Positions 10,393 to 20,799 of a stretch of 64,000 nt of DNA are shown here, in pieces. Under the pieces are notes generated by a model, which saw only the letters and a program-made list of their open reading frames with translations, ran no database searches and was not told the origin of the DNA. Positions within the stretch are counted from its first letter, which is position 1. Every line of letters begins with the position of its first letter. A program made the position numbers and the translations under genes. The stretch is taken from contig JAZDFD010000024.1 of NCBI GenBank assembly GCA_043808155.1, positions 1 through 64,000 of the forward strand, written 5' to 3'. This stretch comes from Candidatus Iainarchaeum sp. GTDB lineage: Archaea; Iainarchaeota; Iainarchaeia; Iainarchaeales; JAZDFD01.

Positions 10393-11208
10393 ATGAATAA
10401 AAAATTGATTGCGCAGTTAATTCTGATTTTTTTAATAACACAGGCATTTGGTTTGTTTGTTGCATCTGAACTTCTTATAAGTAATACAGAGGTTCCGGCA
10501 TTTGGAGAAAACAAAAACGATGTAATGAGTGCAGTTTTTCTCTTTGTGTATATTCTCGTTTTTACTGGCGCTCTTCTTTTGTTTATGAAATTCTTCAAAG
10601 GAAAAGGAATGTTCAAATTACTTGAAGCACTGATTATTTTTTCAACAACGTTAATTGTTGTTGATGTTTTAGTTCCAGGAGTGGGATTGCTTTTTGCAGT
10701 ATTAATGGTTGCATTGAGAAATGTTTTGCCTAATCATATTATGCTGAGAAATGTTTCATCAATTATTGCAGTTGTTGGTGCAGGTGCATTAATTGGGATT
10801 TCATTAGGATGGTTTCCAGTTCTTGTATTCATGGTTTTGCTTTCAACATACGACATTATTGCAGTATTCGGAACTAAACATATGGTGACGATGGGTAAAG
10901 CCATGACAAAAAATAATTTAGCATTTACAGTTGCAATGCCAACTAAAGAACATACTTTTGAAATGGGAACAGGGGATCTTGTAATTCCTTTAACTTTTGC
11001 AGTTTCACTAATGGGGTTTGGTTTTGACACATCAGGTGTGATTAATTTGATTCCATCAATACTTGTTTTGTTTGGGTCATTAGTGGGACTTCTCTGGACA
11101 ATTGATTATAGTTCCAAACATGTGGGAACAGCATTGCCTGCTTTACCACCTCAAACATTATGCATGTTAATAATGTTTGGAATTGCAATGTTAACTGGTT
11201 TGTTTTAA
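10393..11208 (+). CDS. Presenilin/SPP-like GxGD intramembrane aspartyl protease
   Basis: YD, MGTGD and PALP motifs in a multi-TM protein. Start moved to ATG 10393 to avoid the overlap with the upstream gene. Confidence 0.92.
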   Translation: MNKKLIAQLILIFLITQAFGLFVASELLISNTEVPAFGENKNDVMSAVFLFVYILVFTGALLLFMKFFKGKGMFKLLEALIIFSTTLIVVDVLVPGVGLLFAVLMVALRNVLPNHIMLRNVSSIIAVVGAGALIGISLGWFPVLVFMVLLSTYDIIAVFGTKHMVTMGKAMTKNNLAFTVAMPTKEHTFEMGTGDLVIPLTFAVSLMGFGFDTSGVINLIPSILVLFGSLVGLLWTIDYSSKHVGTALPALPPQTLCMLIMFGIAMLTGLF

Positions 11209-11243
11209 ACAAATTGTTTTGAGCAATTTGTCAGGCACTTATT

Positions 11244-11753
11244 TTAAGCACCGAAAAATGCAACTCTTAAACCAGATAATCCATAATATCCTGCTAAACC
11301 AAGAAGTATGTAACGCGGGACTTTTCCAATTAAAGCACCCAGAAGAAATTTTTTAGGATCGTATTTTATCAGACCTGCAGCAATACCAATTAAATCAAAT
11401 GGAAAAGGAGTGAAGGCGCCTAATGCAATTATTGCGATTCCTTTATTCTTTATTCTTTTTGTAAGTCTTTCAATTTTTAACGCATCTTCAGGTTTTACTT
11501 TTTCTAGTCCTTTGTGGCCCATTCTTCCAACTAAATAAGATGTCATTTCTCCAAGAGCTGCACCCAAACCAGCAATAAAACCTGCAATAAGAACAACGAA
11601 TAAATCATTGGACATCGCACCAATTCCAAAAATCAGAAAATCAATCGGCACTGGGAATATAATCGTTGCATTTGCAACCAAAGAAGCTATGAAGAGCCCC
11701 AAATAACCAAAATTATTAAAAAGCTCAGCAATAAAGACTTGTAATTCTGACAT
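11244..11753 (-). CDS. VTT/SNARE-associated (DedA/YqaA-like) membrane protein
   Basis: GAALGEMTSYLVG, TPFPFD and GKVPRY motifs. Confidence 0.85.
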   Translation of the reverse strand: MSELQVFIAELFNNFGYLGLFIASLVANATIIFPVPIDFLIFGIGAMSNDLFVVLIAGFIAGLGAALGEMTSYLVGRMGHKGLEKVKPEDALKIERLTKRIKNKGIAIIALGAFTPFPFDLIGIAAGLIKYDPKKFLLGALIGKVPRYILLGLAGYYGLSGLRVAFFGA

Positions 11754-11818
11754 AAAGTATCACTTGACAATAAATTAAATGAACTATATTAATAATACTT
11801 TGCGAACGTGAGAATATT

Positions 11819-12223
11819 ATGGAATATGAAAAAATGCTTGACCGTTTATACGAGTCTCTGCCAAAGCACACTCTGAACAGAGAGAGATTTGAAATGCCTG
11901 AGGCTGAATCATTCATTCAGGGAAATAAGACTATTTTGAAGAATTTTGGTGCGGTTCTTAAGAAAATCAGCAGAGATGAGAAGCATATTATAAAGTATTT
12001 TGCAAAGGAAACTGCAACTTCCGTGAACCAGGAAGAAGGACGACTAGTTTTGAACAGAAAATTCCCTTCGGAGCAGGTTAATAAAATACTTAGAAATTAC
12101 ATCACCCAATTCGTGCTTTGTCCTGAATGCAAAAGACCTGACACAGAGATAGTTGATAAGCACGGTGTAAGGATGTTGCATTGTGAAGCATGCGGAGCTG
12201 TTTCCGCAGTTAAGGGGTTGTGA
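11819..12223 (+). CDS. eif2b: Translation initiation factor aIF2 beta
   Basis: YEKMLDRLY...ERFEMP N-terminus; CPECKRPDT...CEACGA zinc ribbon. Confidence 0.95.
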   Translation: MEYEKMLDRLYESLPKHTLNRERFEMPEAESFIQGNKTILKNFGAVLKKISRDEKHIIKYFAKETATSVNQEEGRLVLNRKFPSEQVNKILRNYITQFVLCPECKRPDTEIVDKHGVRMLHCEACGAVSAVKGL

Positions 12224-12516
12224 GTATCTATTTCAAAAGTCACAAATCTCCAAAAGGAAATGTGCTTGCTGTTTGCGATAAGGAACTTATTGGAAAAATT
12301 CTTGAAGAAAATCATTTTCATTTTGAAATCTATGAATCATTTTACAAAGGTGAAAAAATCACCCCAAAGAAACTGAAAAAACTGATTCATGAATTTGATA
12401 ATATCAATTTAGTCGGGGAAAAATCAGTCGGGATTGCGATTTCTGAAAAAATTGCATCTGAAAAAAATGTGATAAGAATAAAAAACGTCCCCCACGTACA
12501 AATCTTTACAATATAG
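12220..12516 (+). CDS. DUF424 family protein
   Basis: LAVCDKELIG...FYKG...NLVG pattern; usual position between aIF2b and aIF1A. Confidence 0.85.
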   Translation: MSIYFKSHKSPKGNVLAVCDKELIGKILEENHFHFEIYESFYKGEKITPKKLKKLIHEFDNINLVGEKSVGIAISEKIASEKNVIRIKNVPHVQIFTI

Positions 12517-12528
12517 GAGTTAGATAAT

Positions 12529-12861
12529 TTGGCACATTTTAAAAAAAAGCAAAAAAATCCTGCAACAGATGAAGAATTAATTATCCGAATCCGTTTTCCC
12601 AGAAAACAGGATAATGAACAGTTTGGTTTTGTTACCCAACTGATGGGCGCTAATCAGATTAAAGTCAGGTGTGAAGACGGATTGGAAAGAAACTGCAGAA
12701 TCCCAGGCAAGCTTAAGAAGAAAGTCTGGATAAGAGATGGTGATTTAGTTGTTGTTAAAGTTTGGGATTTCCAGCCAATCAAAGGGGATATTGTATGGAG
12801 ATACTTGCCTCCGCAAACCAATCATTTGAGAAGAAAGGGCTTACTTAAAAATCTGGAATAA
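12529..12861 (+). CDS. eif1a: Translation initiation factor aIF1A
   Basis: CEDGLERNCRIPGKLKKKVWIRDGD OB-fold signature. Confidence 0.96.
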   Translation: MAHFKKKQKNPATDEELIIRIRFPRKQDNEQFGFVTQLMGANQIKVRCEDGLERNCRIPGKLKKKVWIRDGDLVVVKVWDFQPIKGDIVWRYLPPQTNHLRRKGLLKNLE

Positions 12862-12903
12862 TTCTTTTTCTTAAAATGTAAAGAATAAAAACTCGAAATT
12901 AGT

Positions 12904-13665
12904 GTGTTTTTTATGGAAGATGAATTTGACTTACGGCAATACGTACCGGAAGAAGACGCGAGAAAAACTTTTGCAAAAGTTTTTGATAAAAGTACTATTG
13001 AAACAATTCACAAACTTGCAACAAAAAGATATTTTGATATTGTAGAATTTGCAATAAGCACTGGCAAAGAAGCACATGTTTTCAGAGCAGTTGATACATC
13101 AGGGAATTTCAGGGCAGTTAAAATTTACAAAACAGAAACTTCTGATTTTAAACACATGACCCAGTACATTGAGGGCGACAGACGATTTAAGGGAGTGAAA
13201 AAAAACAAGAGAGATATTGTTTTTACCTGGGCAAAAAAAGAATTCAAAAATCTTAGTTTACTTACAAAAGCAGGAGTAAGAGTTCCAATGCCAATTGCAC
13301 AGATGGACAATGTTGTTGTAATGGAATTCATTGGAAAAAATGGGGAAGCGTCACCACTTCTGAAAGATAAGGATTTTCCAGATTCCCAGAAAGTTTATGA
13401 TTTCATTGTTGAGGCTTTTGTGAAAATGGTTCAGAAAGCAGAACTCGTCCACGCGGATCTTTCACAATATAATATCATCAATAATGGCGATGAATTAGTG
13501 ATTATTGACTGCGGTCAGTCAGTGCTTACTTCACACCCAAAAGCAGAGGAATTCTTTGAACGCGATGTGAAAAACATGGCTAATTACTTCCAGAAAATTG
13601 GAATTAAAACTGATTTTAAGGCTCTGAGGGCAGCCATAAAGGCAAAGAAGGCTGAATTTTCATAG
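12904..13665 (+). CDS. rio1: RIO1 family serine kinase
   Basis: ISTGKEAHVF, AVKIY, VHADLSQYNI, IIDCGQ motifs. Confidence 0.95.
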   Translation: MFFMEDEFDLRQYVPEEDARKTFAKVFDKSTIETIHKLATKRYFDIVEFAISTGKEAHVFRAVDTSGNFRAVKIYKTETSDFKHMTQYIEGDRRFKGVKKNKRDIVFTWAKKEFKNLSLLTKAGVRVPMPIAQMDNVVVMEFIGKNGEASPLLKDKDFPDSQKVYDFIVEAFVKMVQKAELVHADLSQYNIINNGDELVIIDCGQSVLTSHPKAEEFFERDVKNMANYFQKIGIKTDFKALRAAIKAKKAEFS

Positions 13666-13740
13666 AAGCGTATTTAAAAGTATTGTGAATAGATATAATA
13701 TATACATATATAGTATATATTAGAGGAAAAAAGAGCCTTC

Positions 13741-14286
13741 TTGTGTGGTTTTATGGACGAATTTGTTAGGATTCCAGAGGAACGGATTGGTGTTCTTGTA
13801 GGTCCCAAAGGGGCTGTGAAGCGGGAAATTGAGAAGAAAACAGGCACTAGAATAGAAATTGACAGTGAGTCAGGGGAAGTGGAAATTTCCTCAAAAAAAG
13901 AAGATGCACTTAAATTCTACAAAGCAGTGGATATTGTAAAAGCAATTGCACGCGGGTTTTCCCCGGAACATGCGATTTCACTTCTGAAAGACAGTTTTAT
14001 TCTCGAAATTATAAAAATCGCAGAGTATGCTGGAAAATCAGAAAAAGCAATTGCGGCAAAACGCGCACGCATTATTGGAAAGCATGGGACAGCAAGAGAA
14101 GAAATTGAAAACGACACAGGCTGTTTTATTTCAGTGTATGGTAAAACAATTTCAATTATTGGACATGCAGATAAAATTGAAAAAACAAGAAAAGCAGTTG
14201 AGATGTTAATGGAAGGTGCAAAACACTCAACAGCATTTGAATTTTTGAAAAAGGATAAAAAGAAATCGGATAAATTTGAATTATGA
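13741..14286 (+). CDS. KH-domain rRNA processing protein (Dim2/Pno1-like)
   Basis: Two KH GxxG loops (GPKG, GKHG), AIARGFSPE; conserved rio1-KH-top6 context. Confidence 0.93.
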   Translation: MCGFMDEFVRIPEERIGVLVGPKGAVKREIEKKTGTRIEIDSESGEVEISSKKEDALKFYKAVDIVKAIARGFSPEHAISLLKDSFILEIIKIAEYAGKSEKAIAAKRARIIGKHGTAREEIENDTGCFISVYGKTISIIGHADKIEKTRKAVEMLMEGAKHSTAFEFLKKDKKKSDKFEL

Positions 14287-14310
14287 AATGAACGTAAATG
14301 AAATTATTAA

Positions 14311-16047
14311 ATGAAACGAATGAAAAAGGTGACATTTATGGCAGAAGAATTAGAAAAAGAAATTCCAATAAAAAATATTACTGCAGAGGAATTAGCAAAA
14401 GAATTCAAAGAACATTCAGTTGCTGAATTTTTCCAGAAAAACAAACAAATGCTTGGTTTGTACGGAAAAGTGAGAACACTTACAACAGTTGTTCACGAGT
14501 ATGTTACAAATTCTATTGATGCATGTGAAGAATCGGGTTTTCTGCCAGATATTGAAGTTAAGATTGATGAATTAGGAGAAGAATATTATGAAGTCACTAT
14601 TAAAGACAACGGTCCTGGTTTAACTGAACAGACAGTTGGAAAAGCATTGGGCCAGCTTCTTGCAGGAACTAAGTTTCACAGATTAATGCAGAGCAGAGGA
14701 CAGCAGGGAATTGGTTCAAGCGCTTGTACAATGCTTTCACAAATGACAACTGGAAAACCAATTAAAGTTATTACAGGAACCGGGAAAGGAAAACCAATTT
14801 CACTGGAGCTTACAATTGATCCTAAAAAGAACGCACCCAAAATTACAAACATTAAAGAAGTAAGTAAAGATTTCAGAGGAACTGCAATTCAGGCAAAATT
14901 CAAAGGCGTGATTTACAGAGACTCTGAACAGGGTGTTTTAGAGTACCTGAGAAGAACTGCAATTGCAAATCCCCATGTTGAGATTTCATTCAGGGCACCT
15001 AACGGAACAAAAATTGTTTTTAAAAGAACACAAAATAAAATTCCGAAATTACCAACTGCAGTTAAACCACACCCAAAAGGAATTGCAGTTAATGAATTAA
15101 TTTCAATGGCAAAATATACTGATGCAAGAAAAGTTAATTCTTTTTTGAAGAATGATTTTGACAGAATGGGAAACAAATCATTAGAGGACCTCGCCAAAAA
15201 GGTTAATTTTGATTTAAATAAAGATCCGAGACAATTAGCATGGCACGAAGCAGAAGAAATTATCAAAGCATTTAAGGAAATTGATTTTATTGCACCTAAG
15301 GCAGATGGTTTGAGACCTATTGGTGAAGAACAAATAAGAAAATCAATCAACAGTATTGTAACTCCTGATTTTTTAACTGTGATTACAAGAAAGCCGCAGG
15401 TTTATGCAGGTGGATTTCCTTTCCAGGTTGAAGTTGCTATTGCATATGGTGGTGGCGCAGGAAGATCAATGGGTGACGAGAAAAAAGTAGAAATTATGAG
15501 ATTTGCAAACCGCGTGCCATTACTTTTTGATGCAGGGAATGATGCAATAACAAAAGCAGTTCATTCAATTGACTGGAAAAGATATGATATCAGAGATGTT
15601 GATAATGCACCGCTCACAATAATGGTTAATTTCATTTCTGTGCACATCCCTTACACTGGTGCGGGAAAGCAGGCAATTGCAGATGAAGAGGAAGTGGTTG
15701 AAGAATTAAGACTTGCTTTAATGGATTCAGGAAGAAAAGCAGGTAGATTCATTTCAGGAAAGAAACGAGAAAAAGAAATGCAGATGAAAAGACAGCTGTT
15801 CTACAAATATATTCCGGAAATTGCAGGTGCTTTGGGAAGACTGACAAAAACAAATGAAGATATGCTGAAAAAGAATCTCGAAAAAATGGTTCTTGAAAAA
15901 TTAAAGTTAGATGAAGCTAAAATGATTGAAATTAATGACGAGGAAAATGCAAAAACCAAAGATAAGCAAGCAGACATTAAGGAAAAGAAAATGGGAATTG
16001 CAGAAAAAATCGTTAAGAAAAAAGTGAAAAAAGAAGGTAAAAGGTGA
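14311..16047 (+). CDS. top6B: DNA topoisomerase VI subunit B
   Basis: GHKL motifs EYVTNSIDA, DNGPG, SRGQQGIG; RFANRVPLL. Confidence 0.97.
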   Translation: MKRMKKVTFMAEELEKEIPIKNITAEELAKEFKEHSVAEFFQKNKQMLGLYGKVRTLTTVVHEYVTNSIDACEESGFLPDIEVKIDELGEEYYEVTIKDNGPGLTEQTVGKALGQLLAGTKFHRLMQSRGQQGIGSSACTMLSQMTTGKPIKVITGTGKGKPISLELTIDPKKNAPKITNIKEVSKDFRGTAIQAKFKGVIYRDSEQGVLEYLRRTAIANPHVEISFRAPNGTKIVFKRTQNKIPKLPTAVKPHPKGIAVNELISMAKYTDARKVNSFLKNDFDRMGNKSLEDLAKKVNFDLNKDPRQLAWHEAEEIIKAFKEIDFIAPKADGLRPIGEEQIRKSINSIVTPDFLTVITRKPQVYAGGFPFQVEVAIAYGGGAGRSMGDEKKVEIMRFANRVPLLFDAGNDAITKAVHSIDWKRYDIRDVDNAPLTIMVNFISVHIPYTGAGKQAIADEEEVVEELRLALMDSGRKAGRFISGKKREKEMQMKRQLFYKYIPEIAGALGRLTKTNEDMLKKNLEKMVLEKLKLDEAKMIEINDEENAKTKDKQADIKEKKMGIAEKIVKKKVKKEGKR

Positions 16048-16052
16048 TGTGA

Positions 16053-18674
16053 ATGGCAAAAGGAAAAACTGAGAAAAAAGCAAAAATCAAAAAATCAAGC
16101 AAGCTGGATGCATCACCAAAAGAAATCGCAGCAAGATTAGAAGCTTCAGCAAAAGAAATGGTTGAATCTATTAAGAAAAAACAGGATCCTGAATTTATAA
16201 CAAAACAGAGGGGCAAAAGCAATGTGAATTTTGATGAGGATTCAGGTCTTATTGAATTAGGTGCAAAAGAAACAACAAGGAATTTTTTGAATATTGGTCA
16301 TGCTAAAAAGTTTATGCAGACAACATTAGTTGCTGAGAAAACACATGATTATTTGAAACAGAATAAAACTGCGTCAATTCGTGAAATCTATTATGAATTA
16401 AAACACACAATAAAAGACACACATGAAAACACATTTGAAGACCAGACAGAAAGTGATTCAGTAATTGTTGATTTAGAGCATTCAGTTGACACAATCAGAG
16501 AAAAACTAAATCTTCATGCAAATCCAAAAGGAACTCTTTATGGTGACATTACATTAGTTGATGTTGTTCATAATAAAGACACTTTTAATGCTTCAAAGCT
16601 TGGAAGAGGCGGCTGGAGTATTATGAGCCGAATGGAACCAGAAGAAATTAAAATCAAAAAAATAGATGCAAATTATATCCTTGTTATTGAAACAGCTGCA
16701 ATGTATGAAAGACTTGTAGAAGAAGGTTTCCCTAAAAAGCACAGGGCAATTTTAGTTGGTACGGGTGGTCAGGCAGCGCGTGGTACAAGAAGATTGATTC
16801 ATAGATTGCATGCAGAATCAAAACTTCCTGTTTATGTTTTCAGTGTTGATGGTGAAGAAACAGTTGTGATTGAAGAAAATGGCTTTATTAGAAATGTTCA
16901 ATTGAAAGAGCTTATGGAAGGAAAAGATTTGCTGAAAGTTGATGGCATTATAGAAAATGAAAGAAGTTCACTTAACGCAAGATCGATGTGCTTTAATGAT
17001 AAAAAAGTTTCTTTTGGGCAAGTAAATCAGGTTATCAGACACCCCATTGTAGAAGATTTGTATGAAGTAAAAACAGATGTGGGATATAACGTGAAGTTGA
17101 CAAGATCTCACAGTTTAATTGTTTATGATTCTAAAAAACACGAATTTGTTGAGAAAACTCCTTTGGAAGTTGATAAGGAAACTGATTTTGCAATTGTGAG
17201 CCTTGATGTTCCAAACAATGAAAGTGTAAGAGAAATTGATTTAGCAGAATTTGCTTTAAAACACAGAAATGCAAAAATTGAAGAAGATGAAATTGTGAAT
17301 GTAAAAAATAAAAGAAGTCTTCCAAGATTTATTAAAAAAGAACAACTGAATGATTTTTGCAGATTGTTGGGATATTATGCTGCAGAAGGACATACAGGAG
17401 ATTATGATGTTTGCCTAAGTTTTAATATTACAGAACGTGAATATATTGAAGATGTTAAAGAAATTGGAAACAGTTTGTTTGGAATTGATGTAAAAGAGCA
17501 TAACCCACACAAAACACTTTCACAGATTAAGTTTAATAGCACAATTCTTGCATCACTATTCACAGAAATTGCTTCAACTGGCAGCAATAACAAAAGAGTA
17601 CCTGATATTGTATTCAATGTTCCGACATCTGCAAAAAAAGAATTTTTGAAAGGTTATTTTAGAGGAGATGGTAGGGTTGATTTTAATGAAAAAAAATCTT
17701 CAGTTGAATTATGGGCAAAAACTGTGAGTAAAAAGCTTGCTTATGATTTAGTTTTGCTTATTTCGCAAATTGGCGCAAATGCAACAATTCAATATCCAAA
17801 AATTTCAGAAGACGAGCATGAAGTTGAAATAGAAACAGTTTCAGGAGTATATAAAACAAAAATCATCGCAAAACAAACGCCATATTTAGTAAGTGTTTCA
17901 AATAAAGCAGCTTTGCAGGTGTTAAAAGAAATTGTTGCAGAACTAAGACCCGAAGCAATAGCACATATTGAAAACAATCATATAAAAACTCCAAAACTTG
18001 ATTCACTGCCAAGAGAATTTGTTGAACATTTTAGAGAAAATTTAAGAAATGAATTTAGAGGAGAACTTGAAAAACGATTACCGCCTGCAACGTTCCAATG
18101 GCCAAGAATTTCAAAAGAAAAATTAAGAAAACTGCTTGCAGAAAGAGAACTTAGTGAAGAACTTGAATTACTGAGAAATATTGCAGAAAGTAAAACAACA
18201 TTTGCAAGAATTAAAGACATTGAAAAAGTTGAAGCAACAGATAAATATGTTTACGATATTGAAATGGCTAATACGCACAGATTCTTTTCAAATTTTATTT
18301 GTGTGCACAATACAGATGGGGACCCTTACGGATGGTACATATATTCTGTAATTAAGCAAGGTTCAATGGCGTTAGCAGCACACTCAGGTATGTTATCAGT
18401 TCCAGATGCAAAATATATTGGGATGACATTAGATGATGTTAAAACATATGGCTTAGAAAATGTAACTGAAAAAATGAAAGAAGGCGACATCAAAAGAGCA
18501 AAAGAAATGATGGACTATCCATGGTTCCAGACAAAAGAATGGCAGGCGCAGTTAAAGAAATCCATAAGTGAAAAAATCAGAATTGAACAACAGGCACTTG
18601 CAAACAAATCATTAGATTTTGTTGCAAGGGAATATCTCCCTCAAAAAATCAAAAAGAAAGATTTCTTGCCATAA
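16053..18674 (+). CDS. top6A: DNA topoisomerase VI subunit A containing an intein (about 383-aa spliced product)
   Basis: REIYY catalytic Tyr, Toprim IET, GGQAARGTR, VF|TDGDPYG, IEQQAL. Confidence 0.96.
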   Translation: MAKGKTEKKAKIKKSSKLDASPKEIAARLEASAKEMVESIKKKQDPEFITKQRGKSNVNFDEDSGLIELGAKETTRNFLNIGHAKKFMQTTLVAEKTHDYLKQNKTASIREIYYELKHTIKDTHENTFEDQTESDSVIVDLEHSVDTIREKLNLHANPKGTLYGDITLVDVVHNKDTFNASKLGRGGWSIMSRMEPEEIKIKKIDANYILVIETAAMYERLVEEGFPKKHRAILVGTGGQAARGTRRLIHRLHAESKLPVYVFSVDGEETVVIEENGFIRNVQLKELMEGKDLLKVDGIIENERSSLNARSMCFNDKKVSFGQVNQVIRHPIVEDLYEVKTDVGYNVKLTRSHSLIVYDSKKHEFVEKTPLEVDKETDFAIVSLDVPNNESVREIDLAEFALKHRNAKIEEDEIVNVKNKRSLPRFIKKEQLNDFCRLLGYYAAEGHTGDYDVCLSFNITEREYIEDVKEIGNSLFGIDVKEHNPHKTLSQIKFNSTILASLFTEIASTGSNNKRVPDIVFNVPTSAKKEFLKGYFRGDGRVDFNEKKSSVELWAKTVSKKLAYDLVLLISQIGANATIQYPKISEDEHEVEIETVSGVYKTKIIAKQTPYLVSVSNKAALQVLKEIVAELRPEAIAHIENNHIKTPKLDSLPREFVEHFRENLRNEFRGELEKRLPPATFQWPRISKEKLRKLLAERELSEELELLRNIAESKTTFARIKDIEKVEATDKYVYDIEMANTHRFFSNFICVHNTDGDPYGWYIYSVIKQGSMALAAHSGMLSVPDAKYIGMTLDDVKTYGLENVTEKMKEGDIKRAKEMMDYPWFQTKEWQAQLKKSISEKIRIEQQALANKSLDFVAREYLPQKIKKKDFLP
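16842..18311 (+). mobile_element. Top6A intein (490 aa) with LAGLIDADG endonuclease
   Basis: Begins SVDGEE, block B LTRSHS, GYYAAEG and FLKGYFRGDG, ends VYDIEM...CVHN followed by Thr. Confidence 0.95.
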
Positions 18675-18718
18675 TACACTAGTAAATTATTAATATTAGT
18701 AACTACTTCTATTATGCA

Positions 18719-19240
18719 ATGATTGAAATAAGGATACATGGGCGTGGGGGGCAGGGAGTGAAACTTGCTGCCAAGATAATTAGCAGAGCTGCTTATCTTT
18801 CTGGTTATTATACACAGGATTTTGCAATTTATGGTGCTGAAAGGCAGGGAGCTCCTGTTATTAGTTCTGTGAGAATTGATAAAAATCCAATTAAAGATAG
18901 GGGCTATTTGTTCAATCCAGATATAATCATTATTCTGGATGATTCAATTGATAGTAATGATACTTTGAAAGGTAAAAAAAGTGACACGCAGATTTACATT
19001 AACACAATGCACGAAATGAAAAAAAAGAACACACATGCTTTTGATGCAACAAGTATTGCAATTGATAAGATTGGAATTCCGAAAGTTAATGTTGCATTTT
19101 TAGGTGCGTTTGTTAAAAAGTTTGATTTGATTTCTTTTAAGAACTTGGAAAAATCAGTAAGAGAAGAACTTAAATCACATCCAAAAGTAATTGATAAGAA
19201 TTTAGAAGCTGCAAAAGCATGTTATGAAAAAATGACATGA
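18719..19240 (+). CDS. porG: Pyruvate/2-oxoacid:ferredoxin oxidoreductase gamma subunit
   Basis: IEIRIHGRGGQG, YGAERQGAP. Confidence 0.95.
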   Translation: MIEIRIHGRGGQGVKLAAKIISRAAYLSGYYTQDFAIYGAERQGAPVISSVRIDKNPIKDRGYLFNPDIIIILDDSIDSNDTLKGKKSDTQIYINTMHEMKKKNTHAFDATSIAIDKIGIPKVNVAFLGAFVKKFDLISFKNLEKSVREELKSHPKVIDKNLEAAKACYEKMT

Positions 19241-19291
19241 TAAAGTGAAAATGAAGTGAAGTAATAAGATGAAAATTGATGAAGTGTTAAA

Positions 19292-19585
19292 ATGAGTAAA
19301 ATAATTCCGGAAGAAAAACTCAGAAGTCAAGGTTTGAAGGGAGTACCTTATTCTGTTGCAGGTAAAAATATTCCAAACAGAGGATCCTGGAGAACACACG
19401 TCCCAAAGTTTGATGACAGCAAATGCATCAAATGTGGTTTGTGCTGGCTGCAATGTCCAGACAATGCAATAAAAGAAAAAAAAGATGGTTTTTATGAATC
19501 TGATTCAAGATTATGTAAAGGCTGTTTTATTTGTGCAAAAATATGTCCTGTTAAAGCAATTGAAATGGTAAGGGAAAAGAAATGA
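19292..19585 (+). CDS. porD: Pyruvate/2-oxoacid:ferredoxin oxidoreductase delta subunit
   Basis: GSWRT..P and two CxxCxxCxxxCP clusters. Confidence 0.95.
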   Translation: MSKIIPEEKLRSQGLKGVPYSVAGKNIPNRGSWRTHVPKFDDSKCIKCGLCWLQCPDNAIKEKKDGFYESDSRLCKGCFICAKICPVKAIEMVREKK

Positions 19586-20799
19586 CTAATAAAAATATTA
19601 CCACGGGATTGAACAAAATGAAATCCCGTACATATACCGGCACGCCCGATCGGAAGCGGGCAAATATAGACATACTGGATGGTAATGGCGTAACTGCACA
19701 GGCAGTTTTACTTTCACGCGTTCAGAGTATTCCAATTTTTCCGATTACTCCGCAGACTGAATTTATAAAAACAATGGCACAGCTCAAGGAAAAAGGAATT
19801 TACAAAGGAGAAATGAATGTTTTAGAATCAGAGCATTCAGTTTTGAGTGCAGCAATTGCTTCGCAAATGACAGGTGCAAGAACTTTTACATTTTCAGGTT
19901 CACAGGGGCTTATGTTGATGCATGAAATGCTTTACGTTGCGTCAGGAACAAGAACACCCATGGTAATGGTTAACGGAAGCAGAGCTTTGAGTGCGCCAAT
20001 TACACTATGGCCAGATCATAATGATTTCTTTGACCAGCGTGATACTGGTTGGTTAATGCTTGCAACGGAATCAAATCAGGAACTTTTAGATTCGATAATA
20101 ATTGCTTACAAAGTTGCAGAAAATCAAAAAGTAATGATTCCATTCATGGTGAACATGGATGGGTTTATACAATCAACAACAAGAACTGAAGTTGAGATTC
20201 CTGAACAGAATAAAATTGACAAATTCCTACCGAAGTTAAAACAGCAGGTGAAATTAGATGTCACTAAACCAATGACACTTGGTTTAGGTGCAATGGAAGA
20301 TTACATGTTTTTCAGAAGCCAGCTTCACAAAGTAAATTTAGATGCTAAAAAAGTAATTATGGATGCGCATAAAGATTTTGCAAAAATCACAGGACGCAAG
20401 TATGATGTGATTGACACATATAAACTGAAAGATGCAAAAGTTGCAATTGTTATTATGGGTGCGGATTCCACAATTGCAAAAGCAACAGTTGATGTATTGC
20501 GCAAGAAAGGAAAAAAAGTGGGACTTCTTAGAATGAGATTAGTGCGCCCCTTCCCAGAAAAAGAAATCAGAAATGCACTGAAACATGTGAAACATATTGG
20601 TGTTTGTGATCAGAACATAGCTCCTGGAATGTCAGGAATAATGTTTAATGAAATAAGATCTGCTCTTTATGGCGAGAAACCACTTGTATCAAATTACATT
20701 TTTGGATTAGGCGGAAAATTCATTTCAAAAGAAGATTTTGGAAAGGTGTTTAATGAATTACTTACAAATAAAAAAGAAAAACGAGCGTGGATAATGTGA
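19582..20799 (+). CDS. porA: Pyruvate/2-oxoacid:ferredoxin oxidoreductase alpha subunit
   Basis: FPITPQT, ESEHS, SGSQGL, RPFP motifs. Confidence 0.95.
   Translation: MTNKNITTGLNKMKSRTYTGTPDRKRANIDILDGNGVTAQAVLLSRVQSIPIFPITPQTEFIKTMAQLKEKGIYKGEMNVLESEHSVLSAAIASQMTGARTFTFSGSQGLMLMHEMLYVASGTRTPMVMVNGSRALSAPITLWPDHNDFFDQRDTGWLMLATESNQELLDSIIIAYKVAENQKVMIPFMVNMDGFIQSTTRTEVEIPEQNKIDKFLPKLKQQVKLDVTKPMTLGLGAMEDYMFFRSQLHKVNLDAKKVIMDAHKDFAKITGRKYDVIDTYKLKDAKVAIVIMGADSTIAKATVDVLRKKGKKVGLLRMRLVRPFPEKEIRNALKHVKHIGVCDQNIAPGMSGIMFNEIRSALYGEKPLVSNYIFGLGGKFISKEDFGKVFNELLTNKKEKRAWIM

Noticed and set aside
19597-19686. Bulge-helix-bulge intron or SECIS element in porA
   Set aside because: I could not build a 3-4-3 BHB geometry at the closing helix, the frame is open without splicing, and there is no in-frame UGA nearby.
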